From Phoronis australis (Eukaryota > Animalia > Phoronida): DNA of 64,000 nucleotides. The notes under the pieces are model-generated. The model had not been told where the DNA came from, ran no database searches, and worked only from the letters and a program-made list of their open reading frames with translations. The translations under genes and the position numbers were made by a program. The DNA lies in assembly GCA_002633005.1 (NCBI GenBank), contig NMRA01000783.1, forward strand, positions 54,926 to 118,925. Direction: 5' to 3'. Below are positions 53,301-64,000 of this stretch, piece by piece. Positions within the stretch are counted from its first letter, which is position 1. Each line of letters begins with the position of its first letter.

Positions 53301-56300
53301 AACCTACTGATCCAATTAGTGCCTGATAGCATGATTTTCTTACTAAAAGTCGTCTGGATGACCTTTCCGTGATCTTGAATTATTTATTGAAAAACGTAAA
53401 CTGTCCAAGATACTCATCGATTCTGTTGTATCGGTCGAACTTTCTCTCGATAAATGACTCGTCATTGACAGGCATTGTTGAATCTACTTGCATTCCTTGG
53501 TTTCTCGGATTTCTGAGTTAAAGGTCGATCTCAGGCATTGACCATCCCCACCTACCTGGACCCCGTTAGGTGAAGTTGTGTTTGACTACATTGTGTTCCT
53601 CAACAGAGTACAACCGGTTCGAAGCAAAGATCCATGACCTGAGGGAGCAGATTATGAGTAGCAGCAACACAGGCACGCTTAAAACAACACAGAAAAGGAC
53701 GCTCTATGTCAGGTGGGTGTAGTTATTCAAGAGGCTGTGCAGGTTAGACTTCCAAATGGGATTCAATGGAAATGAGACTTGTGGTACCCGAAGAGTAAGA
53801 TTTGCCAAAACATGTAATTTGCTATGAAATTTTATGTTTTACATGCTACAGTTACTTCAGGCGAAATGATTAATTCGCTTCACTTTCCTAGCATCTTCAC
53901 GTACTAGTTTGATGTTTGTCGTTTTCTGCGATTTTTTCTCTAGCTCTGAGACCAAACTGGTGCTGCAGAGTCTGATTACACTCACTTGAATTATTTCATC
54001 AAGTGTGAAATCGACAATTGGAAACCTAAGTGAACCTGAACACAGGTGTTTTTTTACCTAGTTGACTAATGCTATGACCGAATCCGTTGCAGGGCTCTGT
54101 TTGACTATGATCCTGTAAAGGACAGTGGTCTTCCAGGAAAAGGTCTGTGCTTCAAATACGGTGATATTCTTCATGTGACCAATGCCAGTGACGATGAGTG
54201 GTGGCAGGCACGCGTACTATCCCCCGAGGGCGAGGAGGGGGATATGGGAATCATTCCGAGTAAGAGGAGAGTGGAGAGAAAGGAGAAGGCGCGTGTACGT
54301 AATGTGAAATTCCAGGGCAAAGCTGGTGCTGATAAGGTAGGTTTAGGGATGGCCGTGTGGCACGTGACACAGTACCCATCATGAGACATTACACGGTGTT
54401 CTCTAAGGTCTATGGCGAACGTTTCTATGGGCAGGGCTCTGTGGACCATAGTCGTTGATCTGCATGCAATGTACAGGAAGTCTTAAATGAAACTCCTGTT
54501 GTCTACATTGAGCAAAAATATGCTATAATATGCCTGTGCCTCTTCCACGAAAGATCTGTTTTTGGAATTTGCTGTGTATGAGTGAAGAAGTATTGCTGAT
54601 GTGTGTTGTGTACCTGTAGACGTGGCGGTCCTCTTTAGAAAGCTTGTGTTCCTTTCGGTGTGGTGCTGCCACCTACCGGTGTGGAATAAACTGTTATAGG
54701 TCAACTTTGGGATAGCTTAGCAGTTTAGGCAATTTTTTACGACGGTTAGCATGCGTAAATTTTGAACTAACAAAATGATATGATCTAGTCCTTGAAATGT
54801 GTAACTGTCAAATGTGAGACGTAACTCTGAATTACATGCACGTCACTAGATGTCACTTGTTTTGAGCCCTAGCTTGGCATCCGCAATTTCATTAATTAAA
54901 GCAAATTTCAAATGTGACGTTTTGCAGATGTCTACTGCTGATAAACGCAAGAAAAACTTTTCCTTCTCCAAAAAGTTCCCCTTCATGAAGAGCAAAGACA
55001 AGTTAGAAGAAGAGGGACCCAATGATAGCACTGGAGGTTGGTCTGTCATTGTTAATGTCATTTTATAGGTAGCAGCTTTTTTGTCGTTCCGTCATTGTGG
55101 TCTCTACTGTCCAAAGTCTTTTGTCATGTGTCATGTTTCTTAACTGTATGAATCAACGGAAAGCGGAAATTTATACGCGGTCATTTTTTAGAAAAGGCCA
55201 ACCTAATGATGGTTAATGCAAAACTTTTGTGGAAAACAGATTGAAGAAATTGAGTTAAAAAGTTGAGGAAATAAAGTTTATTGAGAGGTTATGCACAGAC
55301 TAATGATTGGCTTTGACAAAAACGAAAGGAGATTGGTAATTTTGTTTTTTTATTTTTTTGAAGACAGTTATTTTACTACAGTTTGCAAAAGTTAGTATTT
55401 TATTGCTGTTCTAGCATTTCTTTATGAACTTTGTCGCATGAATTGGAATGTGCTTTCTCAGTTACAAACAAAGTCTTTGCATGCTTCTCGTATGAAAAAG
55501 ACATTAAAAACGTTTAATGTGTGACCGTTGTCACAATTCTTCTGCCCAGTCTGGTTCTTCAACTGTCAGTCACTTTCTAAAGTGCCGTTCAGTTGACCCC
55601 GTTACCGTTACTGTTGATGTCTTCTTCTGGGGAAGGGCGGGGTTATTCTCAGCTGTTTTGTGCATGTCGCCTGCATTTTTGTCTCTTTCTATTCCATGGC
55701 TAGCCAAGGACCTGATGGCTGACATTGAACACAGTAAGTGACTACGTCCATACTCAAACGACCAAGCTTGCGTAACTAACTGCCAGCCACTAGTTGCGCA
55801 AAAACGAGCGTGTAATGTTAGTATAGGCAAACGTTATTCAAGCTTGGCCGTCATAACTCAATCTTAAAAAGGGATGGTTGCTAAGACCTGTGTAATTGGT
55901 GTTAAGTCAAGGAATCAGCCTGACTTAGTGAAGTTCACCGGGTAGTTTTCACTTGACACGAATTTCAACACGTCCAATCACTTTCTGATTCGGTGGTTTG
56001 CATTTTCCTGATGTACAATTGTGAGCTCACTTGCTCTTACGCAGCACTCGCGTAATTAAGTTATACAGTTTTTGACACAATTTGCCACGTGTTGATAGAT
56101 CCATACCTCTGTATACATTAACACATGTAGGTTAATATTTTTTTTGAACATTGATGTTATCAAATTGCCACTTTCCATTTTGTCAACGACAGCTGCAGTT
56201 ACTTGAAATAGGCAACTCGATGTTCACTAGGTGGCGCCAATAAACAAATGGGGCTCTTTTTGACATCGGAATAGCAGAAAACAGTTCGTCACGGGAACAT

Positions 56301-59300
56301 TTGTGTGATAAGGCTCCCATGGGATTTACCTGAATGAATGGTATTTCTTCAGAAAGGCCCCTCTTTCTTCTTTTCTGATGCCCAGTGAATTTTGAGTCCC
56401 CCATTCCAACAAGTGTTGCTTTGGTGACAGTTATGCGGTACAGACTGTGCTGAGAATAAATAAGTGTAATTTTTACTTTTCACTTTTCCACCGTAACGTG
56501 TAATGAATTAAAGTTGTTTCGTTTCGTTTCGTTTTGAATAGACTTTTCTGTGTAATAAGTGTTCTGTTGTTGTGCCTTACTTTATATGTATTGGGTGTCA
56601 GACTGCAGTAGCTCAGTCTGCATAGTGTGCCACAGGAGGTCCAGTTCTTAGATTTTTTTGTTCCTGTTGTCTATTCTGAACTTAATACCCTTCTCAACTT
56701 TCGGTAGTTACTAAAACTAGTTTAATTAATGGTTTACTAATCAATTCACGGCACTGATTTCTGGGCGTGTTGTTCTCCATGGAGGCAGCTGAGTAACTTG
56801 AATACAATCTGTCCGTGATGTTGGATGAGCCTCGCTGTGCTCATACAAAATTTGTGACGTCCAAATTTAGTTGGAATCAATCATTAGAGTATGTACTCTG
56901 CTGCTGCGTCCATTATGCACGAGAGGGCGATATTTGATCTGACCTTACGTTATGACGAGAGTAGTAATACTGGCAAGGTTTCACTGCTTTTGTTCATTGA
57001 TTTGTCTGCCAAGTCTGATGCAGTATTTTCAAGTTCTGTTGGCCCTGATGGAGCACAACAGCATCAAAAGTCAAGGACAGATTGTACTTTAAGCAAGATA
57101 CTATGTTTGAAGCATGTTTTGGAAGGTTGGAGAAATCGCTGGATTCACTTCTTTTAATTCCGTATGAACTCTTGCACGCTTTTTATTCTGAACGTCTCAC
57201 TCTTCCGGGCAGGGCTGGGTTGCACGAAACTTGAAACCTTATTCGCTGTTTGTTTAAGTCTGGATTGTTGAATGACATCAAACACCTTGTTCAGCACGTG
57301 CAACGTGACACATGATGATGATGCAGTTGTTGCTATACTGTGTAGAACTTTTATGCGTCCAGTCTCGCGTCTTTAGTTTCCCCTTGAAAGTTCCCGTGCT
57401 GTTTTGTAGGGAAACAGCCCAGTAAGTGCATTACCTGAATAGTCATTTTATTAGGTGTATTCTGTTAAGTAAAATTTGGACAGCAGTGTTCTCCACTACA
57501 CGAAAATTCAATTTCGACAGGAATTACAAAATTGATGTCCGTGCTTGAAAAGTGAGGTGTTCATACTGTGGAGAGTTTGTATGTGATCTGGTACCAGAAG
57601 TCCAAAATGTCCTAACTTGCGTAAGAAACGGGTAATATTCTCCCAATAATTGCATGGGTTTTCAAATTCGATACAAATAAGCCAGACTCATAACAATAAA
57701 ATTTAAACTCGAGTCGGTGATGAGTAAAGACAAGTTGTGGTGTATTGAAGATTACCAGTCTGCTTATTTTCTGTCTACTTGCATTTTCTGCTTCATTTTA
57801 CTTGTCGCACATTCTAATTCTATACATCCAAATATCAAAATCCCAAAACTTTTATTTAGTTAATTAAATTAAATTTAGTGCACTTGTGAAACGTGAACAG
57901 TCAGTGTTTTGATGTGGTGTGACAATTACTAGGTTATCAACAGCTTAGTTACCCACAATTCCTCTATGAGGTAGTTGTTTTAGGTCAAAGCTCTGACTAC
58001 ACATCACATGATCACATCCGGGTCACGATCAACGAGCATTTAGTGTTTGTTGGTGCATAGTACATAAACAAAAGCATAGTAGTTCCCTTAAAGTTTGTTT
58101 TTTTTTCGGCAGTTTTGTGACAGGTTTCCAGATTTTTGGTTGGGAATCTTAAAATGGGATTATGCTTCAGGTTCTGTGAAACTTGGGGTGGGATTAGCAT
58201 CTTTCTTTTAAAATACTCAAGATAAGAAATGTAAGTCATTGACAGTGTCTAATGTGTAGTGGTAGTTGTTGAACTCACTGGCTGTCAGTGTTAGGTTACT
58301 TGGCTACAATATTCCTGGCAATTAACTTCGTATTTTCAAATGTAGATGTCGGAATTTGGAGATTAGGATTACCCTTTAAATTGAAAGCAAATGGGAATCT
58401 GGTAAAGTATCGCCAATTTTGTAGACAACATGAAGGACAAGTGATTTTTTCATGAAGTTTAAGTTATTCGTTCGGTATCATAGCTGCCGTCATTTTTTTT
58501 TAGAAATAATGAGCTCAGTATTCTCAAGAGGGTTAGAAAGCTTTTGAAAATTAAAAAGGTGATTTTTGATTGAAATTGGTGAGATTTTAACGTTCACTAG
58601 AGTTGGTTTCGTCAATATTTCATTTGCTTACAACTCGGCATATGCACCTTCACCGGATGAACTCTCCACCTCCTTTCTGCTGACAGTTTATTTCCTAAGA
58701 AACCCCAAGTGTTGATTACTGCGTTAATATTTAGCTGTTCATTTCAGGTGGTGAAGACGTTGTGCTTTCTTATGAATCTGTCGTCCAACAAGACTGTAAG
58801 TCTTTATTACCCGACTGATACTGGTTATTTGAAACCTTTCGTTGTTGGTTGACCTGTTTGTGTTGTATAGTGATTTTAAAAACTGTATTTCACCAAGCCT
58901 GACTGATAGGTGGCATTGGGCATTTTGTCTCTTGTAACTCTCCACTAGATGAGAGATTGGTTAAAACAAATCTTGATTTGTTTCGATTTTATTAAAGTTG
59001 GTTCTTATTATTGTCAAGTTGGCGCACTATTATTGAAAAGGATAAGTGATAATATGCTGTGAAAAACAACAGTCAGTAGACAGCTACATTTTACTGTAAC
59101 TTAAAGGGGCAGAAACCCACACCTGTCGAAAAAAAAATTGTTTTAGGCCTATTACTATTTCGCAGTCAGCCTCACTTTTGTTCCAAATTCAGATAAGAAG
59201 TGATTTATTAACTTGAAAATACGGCAATTGCTTATTGGTTCATTAAATTTTTAGTGACACTGGATGAAAGCTTGAATAAGCTTCATTCAGTGAGGCAGTA

Positions 59301-62300
59301 TGGCCCTCAAAGGAATTCCATGTGATTGTATCATTTACTTCAGACATTGCCTCTTGGTGATTAGCTTTACAGCTGTTGTTGGGTGGAGAATCGACAAATG
59401 TACCGAGAATTCAAGAGAACGTACATCAAAATTTTAGACATACAACACTCATGTGTTTGAGCAATTCTGCATCCTAGAGTGACTTTTGCTGAACTACTCT
59501 GACTTGAGGCAAAGAGTAAGAACTCAATGACAATGTTTTGGAAGTGCAAATACGTCTGTCACGAAAGTTGAGTCGTCTGTTGCCATTTCAGTAAAGTATA
59601 CTCGTCCTGTGATCGTGCTGGGGCCATTGAAGGACAGGATTAACGATGACCTGATTTCCGAGTTCCCCGACAAGTTTGGTAGCTGTGTTCCTCGTAAGTA
59701 GCAGAGTCTGTGTGTGGCCTAATCTCAGTTGTAACCCGTGAGTAGCAAACGACCAAATACAATACATTGAATACATGGTAAACTAGTTCTGCACTCAAAC
59801 AGTCCGAGCACCCCAACACCATTGGAAAAAGGCAGTTTAGGTGGAGATGTGAGTTGTCAAGTACAAGAATTTCTGGATATCATGTTTATTGGTGAAGAAA
59901 CAGAATTTTCAAGTTTTGTGTTTGCGGAAGTTGCACTATTCGCCATAAAAACATGATTTTTTGGAAAACCACAGTTCACATAATAACAAGTGTCTAGGCA
60001 CTAATTTTGCACCCGTCATGTTTTATTTTTTGCCTAAGAATTATTTGAAAGTATAAGGTTAAGTGATATAATTTATTTGGAAAATGTTTGAACAAATGGA
60101 GCTCTGGGTAGTGAAGCTAGTCAGTTTTTGGTAGCTGTTGGAATGCACCTCACAGAGTAAAGTGGTTAAGTGACAGACGTGAAATTGGTTTATACCCGAG
60201 TTCCTAAAATCTTATGAACCCTGATAGTAAACGCACAAGACTGCAGAAACTATTACACTCCATTAGGCCAAGCTAGTGCGCGGACCAGCTCTCATCACGG
60301 CTAGTGTTTTATTGATCGTGGATCCGAGGGATTTTTTTCAGGCACACTGTGCTGTTCAAGTTGTTGGTACCCCTCATAAGTTCAGTACAGGTGGTCAAGA
60401 GTCCCTTTAAATTCACTCTCTTTTCAATACGAATTCACACTTTATGAACTCTCAGAACTAGCATGTGTTATTTGCATGTTTCCTCGGTCACACTCAAGTC
60501 TTTGTCTGATATTGCTAAAATTTTAAGAATCACTAAAATAGGACGAAGTCTCTTGGACAGCACAGAAATTTTTGTCTGGTAGGGTAAGGAGGTGCCATCT
60601 GTTGTTAGCTAGAGAAACAAAACTGTGTTTTGATGTGGCGTTATTGTCTATCACAGTGAATAGCCTTGCCTATACTCAGGGACAATGTTACTCAAAAGCA
60701 ATATAGAATCGCGCCTCAAATCTGAAAGGTTTCCGATTAATTAATTCTGAAATTTTTTCTGATTCCCACCTCTACCTATTACTAGCGAGTATGTGTTTCT
60801 TCTCAGATACAACCCGGCCGAAGCGAGATTACGAGCAAGACGGGCGCGACTACCACTTTGTGGAGTCGCGGGAACAGATGGAGCGTGACATCGCCAATCA
60901 CTTATTTATTGAGGCAGGACAATACAATGATAACTTATACGGAACAAGTGTGGCTTCTGTTAAGGAGGTGGCAGAAAAGGTTAGTCTTAAATTAATATTC
61001 CTGGGCTCAGCAGCTCCAGCAGTGAGTGCTTATTGATCCAGCTGTTAAAAGTGCAAAATTCGTGTCTTGTCAATTTGTGATTTGATTCCATAGCATGACG
61101 GCGTGTTGTTCTCAAGACGCAGTACTGGAGTTTTCTCTCATTTTTGTAATGACATTGCTTATCCAAGGTGAATGTCTACAACATCTATTAAGAGAGAGAA
61201 TAGTCCCCACTAATGTCTCTGAACATGACCAGTTTGTAAGTAAAAAGTGTAGGTGGTCTGACCCAAGCTGCTTAGTAAAACCCATTGGCACAAAATAGCT
61301 GAAGCCATTTTCATTTAATGATATACACAAATTACACTCAAAGACTGACGCATACACAAATTAAGACTGAGCTGAGGTGCTAAATACCTGACTCAAGGGT
61401 CTAGCACTGGGGTCCAGTGGGATTGCAATCCGTGACACTCGACCCACTATGCCACACTACCTCCTCTCGCACAGTTAATAGTTCTCCGCATGGACTGTTA
61501 TAGCATATTTCTGAAACTGTTGTTTTGGTAGTAGTTAAACATGATGCTACATATTGTGTTGCAGGGGAAACACTGCATTCTAGACGTGTCTGGCAACGCC
61601 ATCAAGAGGCTCCAGGTGGCGCAGCTCTATCCCATCGCCATATTTATCAAGCCGAAATCAGTAGACGGCATCATGTATGTACAGCTGTGTGGCCAGTATT
61701 AAAGTGATTAATTATCTCTGACCGCGTTGAGGAGGATACTTATGCAGTGGTAGCACTGTAGTGTTAAAACGAAAAAAAGGTTACTCGCATTTATTTGGTT
61801 TGTTGTATGTTGAAGAAAAGTTGACGGTCATTGTGTGGGCCGATGATTAGCTGAGATTGTAGTGAGTGAAAACTATAATCGTAAAATAGATTTAAACAAA
61901 ACTGCTATAGGTGAATGCAATCTTGTCAAATGGTCTTGATTAGTTGTACACGTGCTGATTGTCAAGTAGAGAGTAAATTTGTCATCTTAAAAATCACTCG
62001 AAAGTTATAATTCTAGTTAGTACCAGTTTCTTCTCGTTTCATGTCAATGTTGATTTTAGTTTTTCCCACAATTTTGGAATTAACTGAGTACTAAGATTAA
62101 GACACGACTTGTGATCAATCACGGGGTGGATCCAAGTTGGGGGAAACGGAACTTGTGTCCCTCTTGACGTTCATGCATCATTGGAGTTAAGCTTATGTAG
62201 GGTCTTTAACATTGTCCAGATTTGGCTGACTTCAGAACATCGTGTCTTAGAAATGGTTGGTCGGGTTCACTTGAAACCTGCTGTTATGCTTTAATCACTG

Positions 62301-63849
62301 TTATCCAATGCAGTGTTACGAATTATTTTGAAAATGTTCCACGTTGGTATGAGGGCTGTCAAAAACAGGACTTTCATAATTAAGAAAACTGCAACATCGT
62401 TTTTGCGATGTCATCTTGAACATTTATATCCAATGGAATTCAGTTGTGTTATTGACATGTTTTCTTTTCTATACTTTTCCTTTCTACTGACTTTCCCTAA
62501 AAAGACATCATCAAAGTAATTTAAAAAATATAAATACTTTTACTTGGATTTATACTATCAGTTAGCAGATATTCGGCTGAAGGAAGACTGTTGATAATTA
62601 AAGTCCTACATAACATTCATTCTCAACTGCCAGAGGTACAATGTCGTAAGGAGGGGCAACCTCAATTTTCGCAGGAAAACACGCATAATCCCTAAAATCG
62701 GCTTGTCAACGGGGTTTGTTTATTGTTGTTGGTCAGATCCATACCCNCATTTTGTCATCTCAGTTTTACTCCAACAATCCCATTTTCAAGGTTAGAATCA
62801 CCTGCACATGTTCAGCCCAGACTGATATGGCTTGTACATCGACTTGAGACTAATTATTATGTAATTATCCTCTGTTGGTATAGGGAAATGAACAAACGGA
62901 CTACCGAGGAACAAGCCAAAAAGACGTTTGAACGTGCTGTTAAATTAGAGCAGGAATTTGGAGAATATTTTACAGGTAAGATTTTGATTCTGTGGTTTAC
63001 AAGAAGAGACACAGTAAGGAGTGTACAGAGTAGTGGCCTGTAGTTGAAGGAAGTCCGTAGCATTTTGCAAAGTGCACTTCAAGGCCGACTTGTGTTGGAA
63101 TATATAGTTTTTGCAATTTGTTAACGTGAGCATATGCATGTGAGGTGCAAAACATGACATTGATGAAGAGGGGTCAAAGTTTCTTCTCATAGACTGAAGC
63201 AGTTTTAACTGTCAGCAGGAATTGAGAGATTCCCTGTAATGCAATGAAAAAGTCCAATTTTGGAAGAGCTGGCCAGCCTTTTTTTGAAGGTGGTTGCTAT
63301 ATGACATGTCTTCTGTTTGTATATACCAGCCCTGAATGATCTGTTGTATGTTGAAACTCGGTTGTTGCCATAGCATGGGCACTTAAGCAACCAAGATTGT
63401 ATTTTGCAGTTTAAACAGTCAATTAGAAACTAGTGTCCTTTAAAATGGGAGCAGTGCACAATTATTTTGAAGCTAGGTGCAGGTCCATCTTTGAAAATCA
63501 TTGTTTTTGTCCACCTTTCTCGGTTCTTTATGCAGCAAGTTAGCGTCAGACCATGATAAAAGTGCAAACCAAACGGAGGCACTGAGAGCTATACCGGTAA
63601 GATTTCCTAGCACCAACTTGACTTATTTTGTTGTGTTAAGTTTTGTTTATTGACTTGACCACGTTTGCACTGTGTGGAAGTTAGATGAAAGACTGGACAG
63701 TAGTCAGAACCCGTCTTCACACATTTACGTTTCTCTTTGCAGCGGTAGTCACAGCCGATACCGCTGATGAGTATTATGCAAAAGTAAAAGAAGTGATACG
63801 GGACCAGTCGGGGCCTACTATCTGGGTGCCAGCCAAGGATAAGCTGTAA
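26314..63849 (+). CDS. dlg1: Discs large 1 (MAGUK; L27-PDZ1-3-SH3-HOOK-GUK), 21 core exons, about 811 aa (825 aa with two optional exons)
   Basis: Exons 26314-26332, 32660-32791, 35261-35388, 37342-37449, 38279-38335, 38885-39009, 39796-39965, 40426-40562, 41359-41506, 41870-41930, 46992-47148, 47898-48000, 53607-53712, 54093-54336, 54928-55036, [55704-55733], [57410-57421], 58748-58795, 59592-59693, 60807-60979, 61565-61674, 62884-62975, 63743-63849 join in frame. Landmarks: [15 protein letters not shown] start, three GLGF loops, [15 protein letters not shown] end. Confidence 0.97.
26842..28030. repeat. Further diverged copies of modules A(-) and B in dlg1 intron 1
   Basis: ~26842-27080 resembles 2031-2282; ~27430-28030 resembles 1210-1957 with deletions. 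Confidence 0.65.
28147..28263. mobile_element. MITE, CAGGGGCGGATCCAGG family, 5-bp TSD
   Basis: CAGGGGCGGATCCAGG ... CCTAAATTCGCCACTG; TSD GCATG on both sides. Confidence 0.8.
32660..32791 (+). CDS. dlg1: dlg1 exon 2 (L27)
   Basis: [44 protein letters not shown] |gtaagt. Confidence 0.95.
35261..35388 (+). CDS. dlg1: dlg1 exon 3
   Basis: [32 protein letters not shown]...ATD |gtaagt. Confidence 0.95.
35393..35590. repeat. ~200-bp polypyrimidine (C/T) low-complexity tract
   Basis: Almost purely C/T on the + strand immediately after the exon 3 donor. Confidence 0.9.
37342..37449 (+). CDS. dlg1: dlg1 exon 4 (proline-rich)
   Basis: ccacag| [19 protein letters not shown]...SPEQ |gtaagt; phase 0-0. 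Confidence 0.8.
38279..38335 (+). CDS. dlg1: dlg1 exon 5 (start of PDZ1)
   Basis: [19 protein letters not shown] |gtaagt. Confidence 0.88.
38885..39009 (+). CDS. dlg1: dlg1 exon 6 (PDZ1)
   Basis: [42 protein letters not shown]. Confidence 0.96.
39796..39965 (+). CDS. dlg1: dlg1 exon 7 (PDZ1/2)
   Basis: [29 protein letters not shown]...ILLVKGSK. Confidence 0.95.
40426..40562 (+). CDS. dlg1: dlg1 exon 8 (PDZ2)
   Basis: [46 protein letters not shown]. Confidence 0.96.
41359..41506 (+). CDS. dlg1: dlg1 exon 9 (end of PDZ2)
   Basis: [32 protein letters not shown]... Confidence 0.92.
41870..41930 (+). CDS. dlg1: dlg1 exon 10 (linker)
   Basis: tttcag| [21 protein letters not shown] |gtaaac; its phases match both neighbours. 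Confidence 0.8.
42356..42660 (+). mobile_element. Truncated copy of the HINE-like element
   Basis: TTTTTATGCGCCCAC..GTGGGCGCAT palindrome, (GTCC)n-like microsatellite, GTGCCCCCTAGTGGC. Confidence 0.65.
44876..44939. repeat. 32-bp tandem duplication
   Basis: ACACGAAGGCTGTTGGTYATATTTATGAAAAC x2. Confidence 0.85.
46905..47623. repeat. 359-bp near-identical tandem duplication joined by a single N (probable assembly artefact)
   Basis: 46905-47263 vs 47265-47623, N at 47264; duplicates the PDZ3 exon. Confidence 0.9.
46992..47148 (+). CDS. dlg1: dlg1 exon 11 (PDZ3; duplicate at 47352-47508)
   Basis: [52 protein letters not shown]. Confidence 0.93.
47898..48000 (+). CDS. dlg1: dlg1 exon 12 (end of PDZ3)
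   Basis: [34 protein letters not shown]. Confidence 0.95.
49805..49994. other. Assembly gap
   Basis: Run of 190 N. Confidence 0.99.
50965..51090 (+). mobile_element. Penelope-like pLTR fragment with a degenerate hammerhead-like motif
   Basis: CTGCTGA-A-GTCCTC-AGGAT-GAGGAC-GCAACGT followed by a CAACTGGA tail as at 14326. Confidence 0.45.
51154..51455. repeat. ~69-bp minisatellite, about 4 copies
   Basis: Unit TGAAGTGATAACTAGGYAATAAGCCACAGACCATTCAAACCCATAGCCCAGCCCTACATGTTACCATTA. Confidence 0.9.
52233..52306 (-). mobile_element. Possible degenerate tRNA-derived SINE head
   Basis: Minus strand reads TGACTCAGTGG (A-box-like) ... GCTCCAATCC (B-box-like); similar weak heads near 34850 (-), 56600 (+) and 61380-61460 (-). 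Confidence 0.3.
52416..52577. repeat. ~63-bp diverged tandem repeat, about 2.5 copies
   Basis: TTTGAAGCATTTTCCTGAGTCACTGGTGGTTT...GGCCA...ATGAAA recurring. Confidence 0.75.
53607..53712 (+). CDS. dlg1: dlg1 exon 13
   Basis: [36 protein letters not shown]. Confidence 0.95.
54093..54336 (+). CDS. dlg1: dlg1 exon 14 (SH3)
   Basis: [40 protein letters not shown]...[15 protein letters not shown]. Confidence 0.96.
54928..55036 (+). CDS. dlg1: dlg1 exon 15 (HOOK, I3-like)
   Basis: [25 protein letters not shown]... Confidence 0.92.
55704..55733 (+). CDS. dlg1: Candidate dlg1 30-nt cassette exon (HOOK)
   Basis: Pyrimidine tract + tag| [10 protein letters not shown] |gtaagt; phase 1-1, open frame. 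Confidence 0.55.
57410..57421 (+). CDS. dlg1: Candidate dlg1 12-nt microexon (HOOK)
   Basis: gttttgtag|GGAAACAGCCCA|gtaagt; phase 1-1. Confidence 0.55.
58748..58795 (+). CDS. dlg1: dlg1 exon (HOOK/GUK junction)
   Basis: [15 protein letters not shown] |gtaagt. Confidence 0.92.
59592..59693 (+). CDS. dlg1: dlg1 GUK exon
   Basis: [33 protein letters not shown]. Confidence 0.96.
60807..60979 (+). CDS. dlg1: dlg1 GUK exon
   Basis: [19 protein letters not shown]...[23 protein letters not shown]. Confidence 0.96.
61565..61674 (+). CDS. dlg1: dlg1 GUK exon
   Basis: [37 protein letters not shown]. Confidence 0.96.
62884..62975 (+). CDS. dlg1: dlg1 GUK exon
   Basis: [30 protein letters not shown]. 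Confidence 0.96.
63743..63849 (+). CDS. dlg1: dlg1 terminal coding exon
   Basis: [35 protein letters not shown]. Confidence 0.96.
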
Positions 63850-64000
63850 AATGGACAGAAACTAGTTTTGCCAAACTTCCTCAAGCATCTGGTCTTGCTA
63901 AATTTGAATTGTATTTCATAGTTTTATTGTTTTTTTCTCTTCCGTGATAGTGTTTATAATGTATCATGTCTACAAGAATATGTGTTCTATTAATGCATGT

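Noticed and set aside
61380-61460. tRNA gene on the minus strand
   Set aside because: Only degenerate A/B-box-like motifs and no complete cloverleaf; at most a SINE relic

Overview
Eukaryotic (marine-invertebrate-like, AT-rich, intron-rich) genomic DNA with three + strand genes. (1) A 10-exon SGTA/SGT TPR co-chaperone gene (594-13379, about 324 aa). (2) An intronless 665-aa type I membrane protein (18943-20940) with signal peptide, Ser-Gly linker, two CCP/Sushi domains, a SEA-like domain and one TM helix. Its cytoplasmic C-terminus aligns by eye with the microtubule-binding domain (MTBD) of the dynein heavy-chain stalk; this is the most unusual observation in the window. (3) A complete discs large (dlg1) MAGUK gene (26314-63849; L27, 3 PDZ, SH3, HOOK, GUK; about 811 aa), plus two candidate frame-preserving 30-nt and 12-nt cassette exons in the HOOK region. 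Non-coding DNA holds several non-autonomous DNA elements, including a family with 5-bp TSDs, a HINE-like element with arrayed CTCF-like motifs, Penelope-like remnants with variant hammerhead-like cores, and minisatellites. Three near-identical tandem duplications joined by a single N are most likely assembly artefacts. All assignments were made by manual translation and motif recognition; no searches were run.
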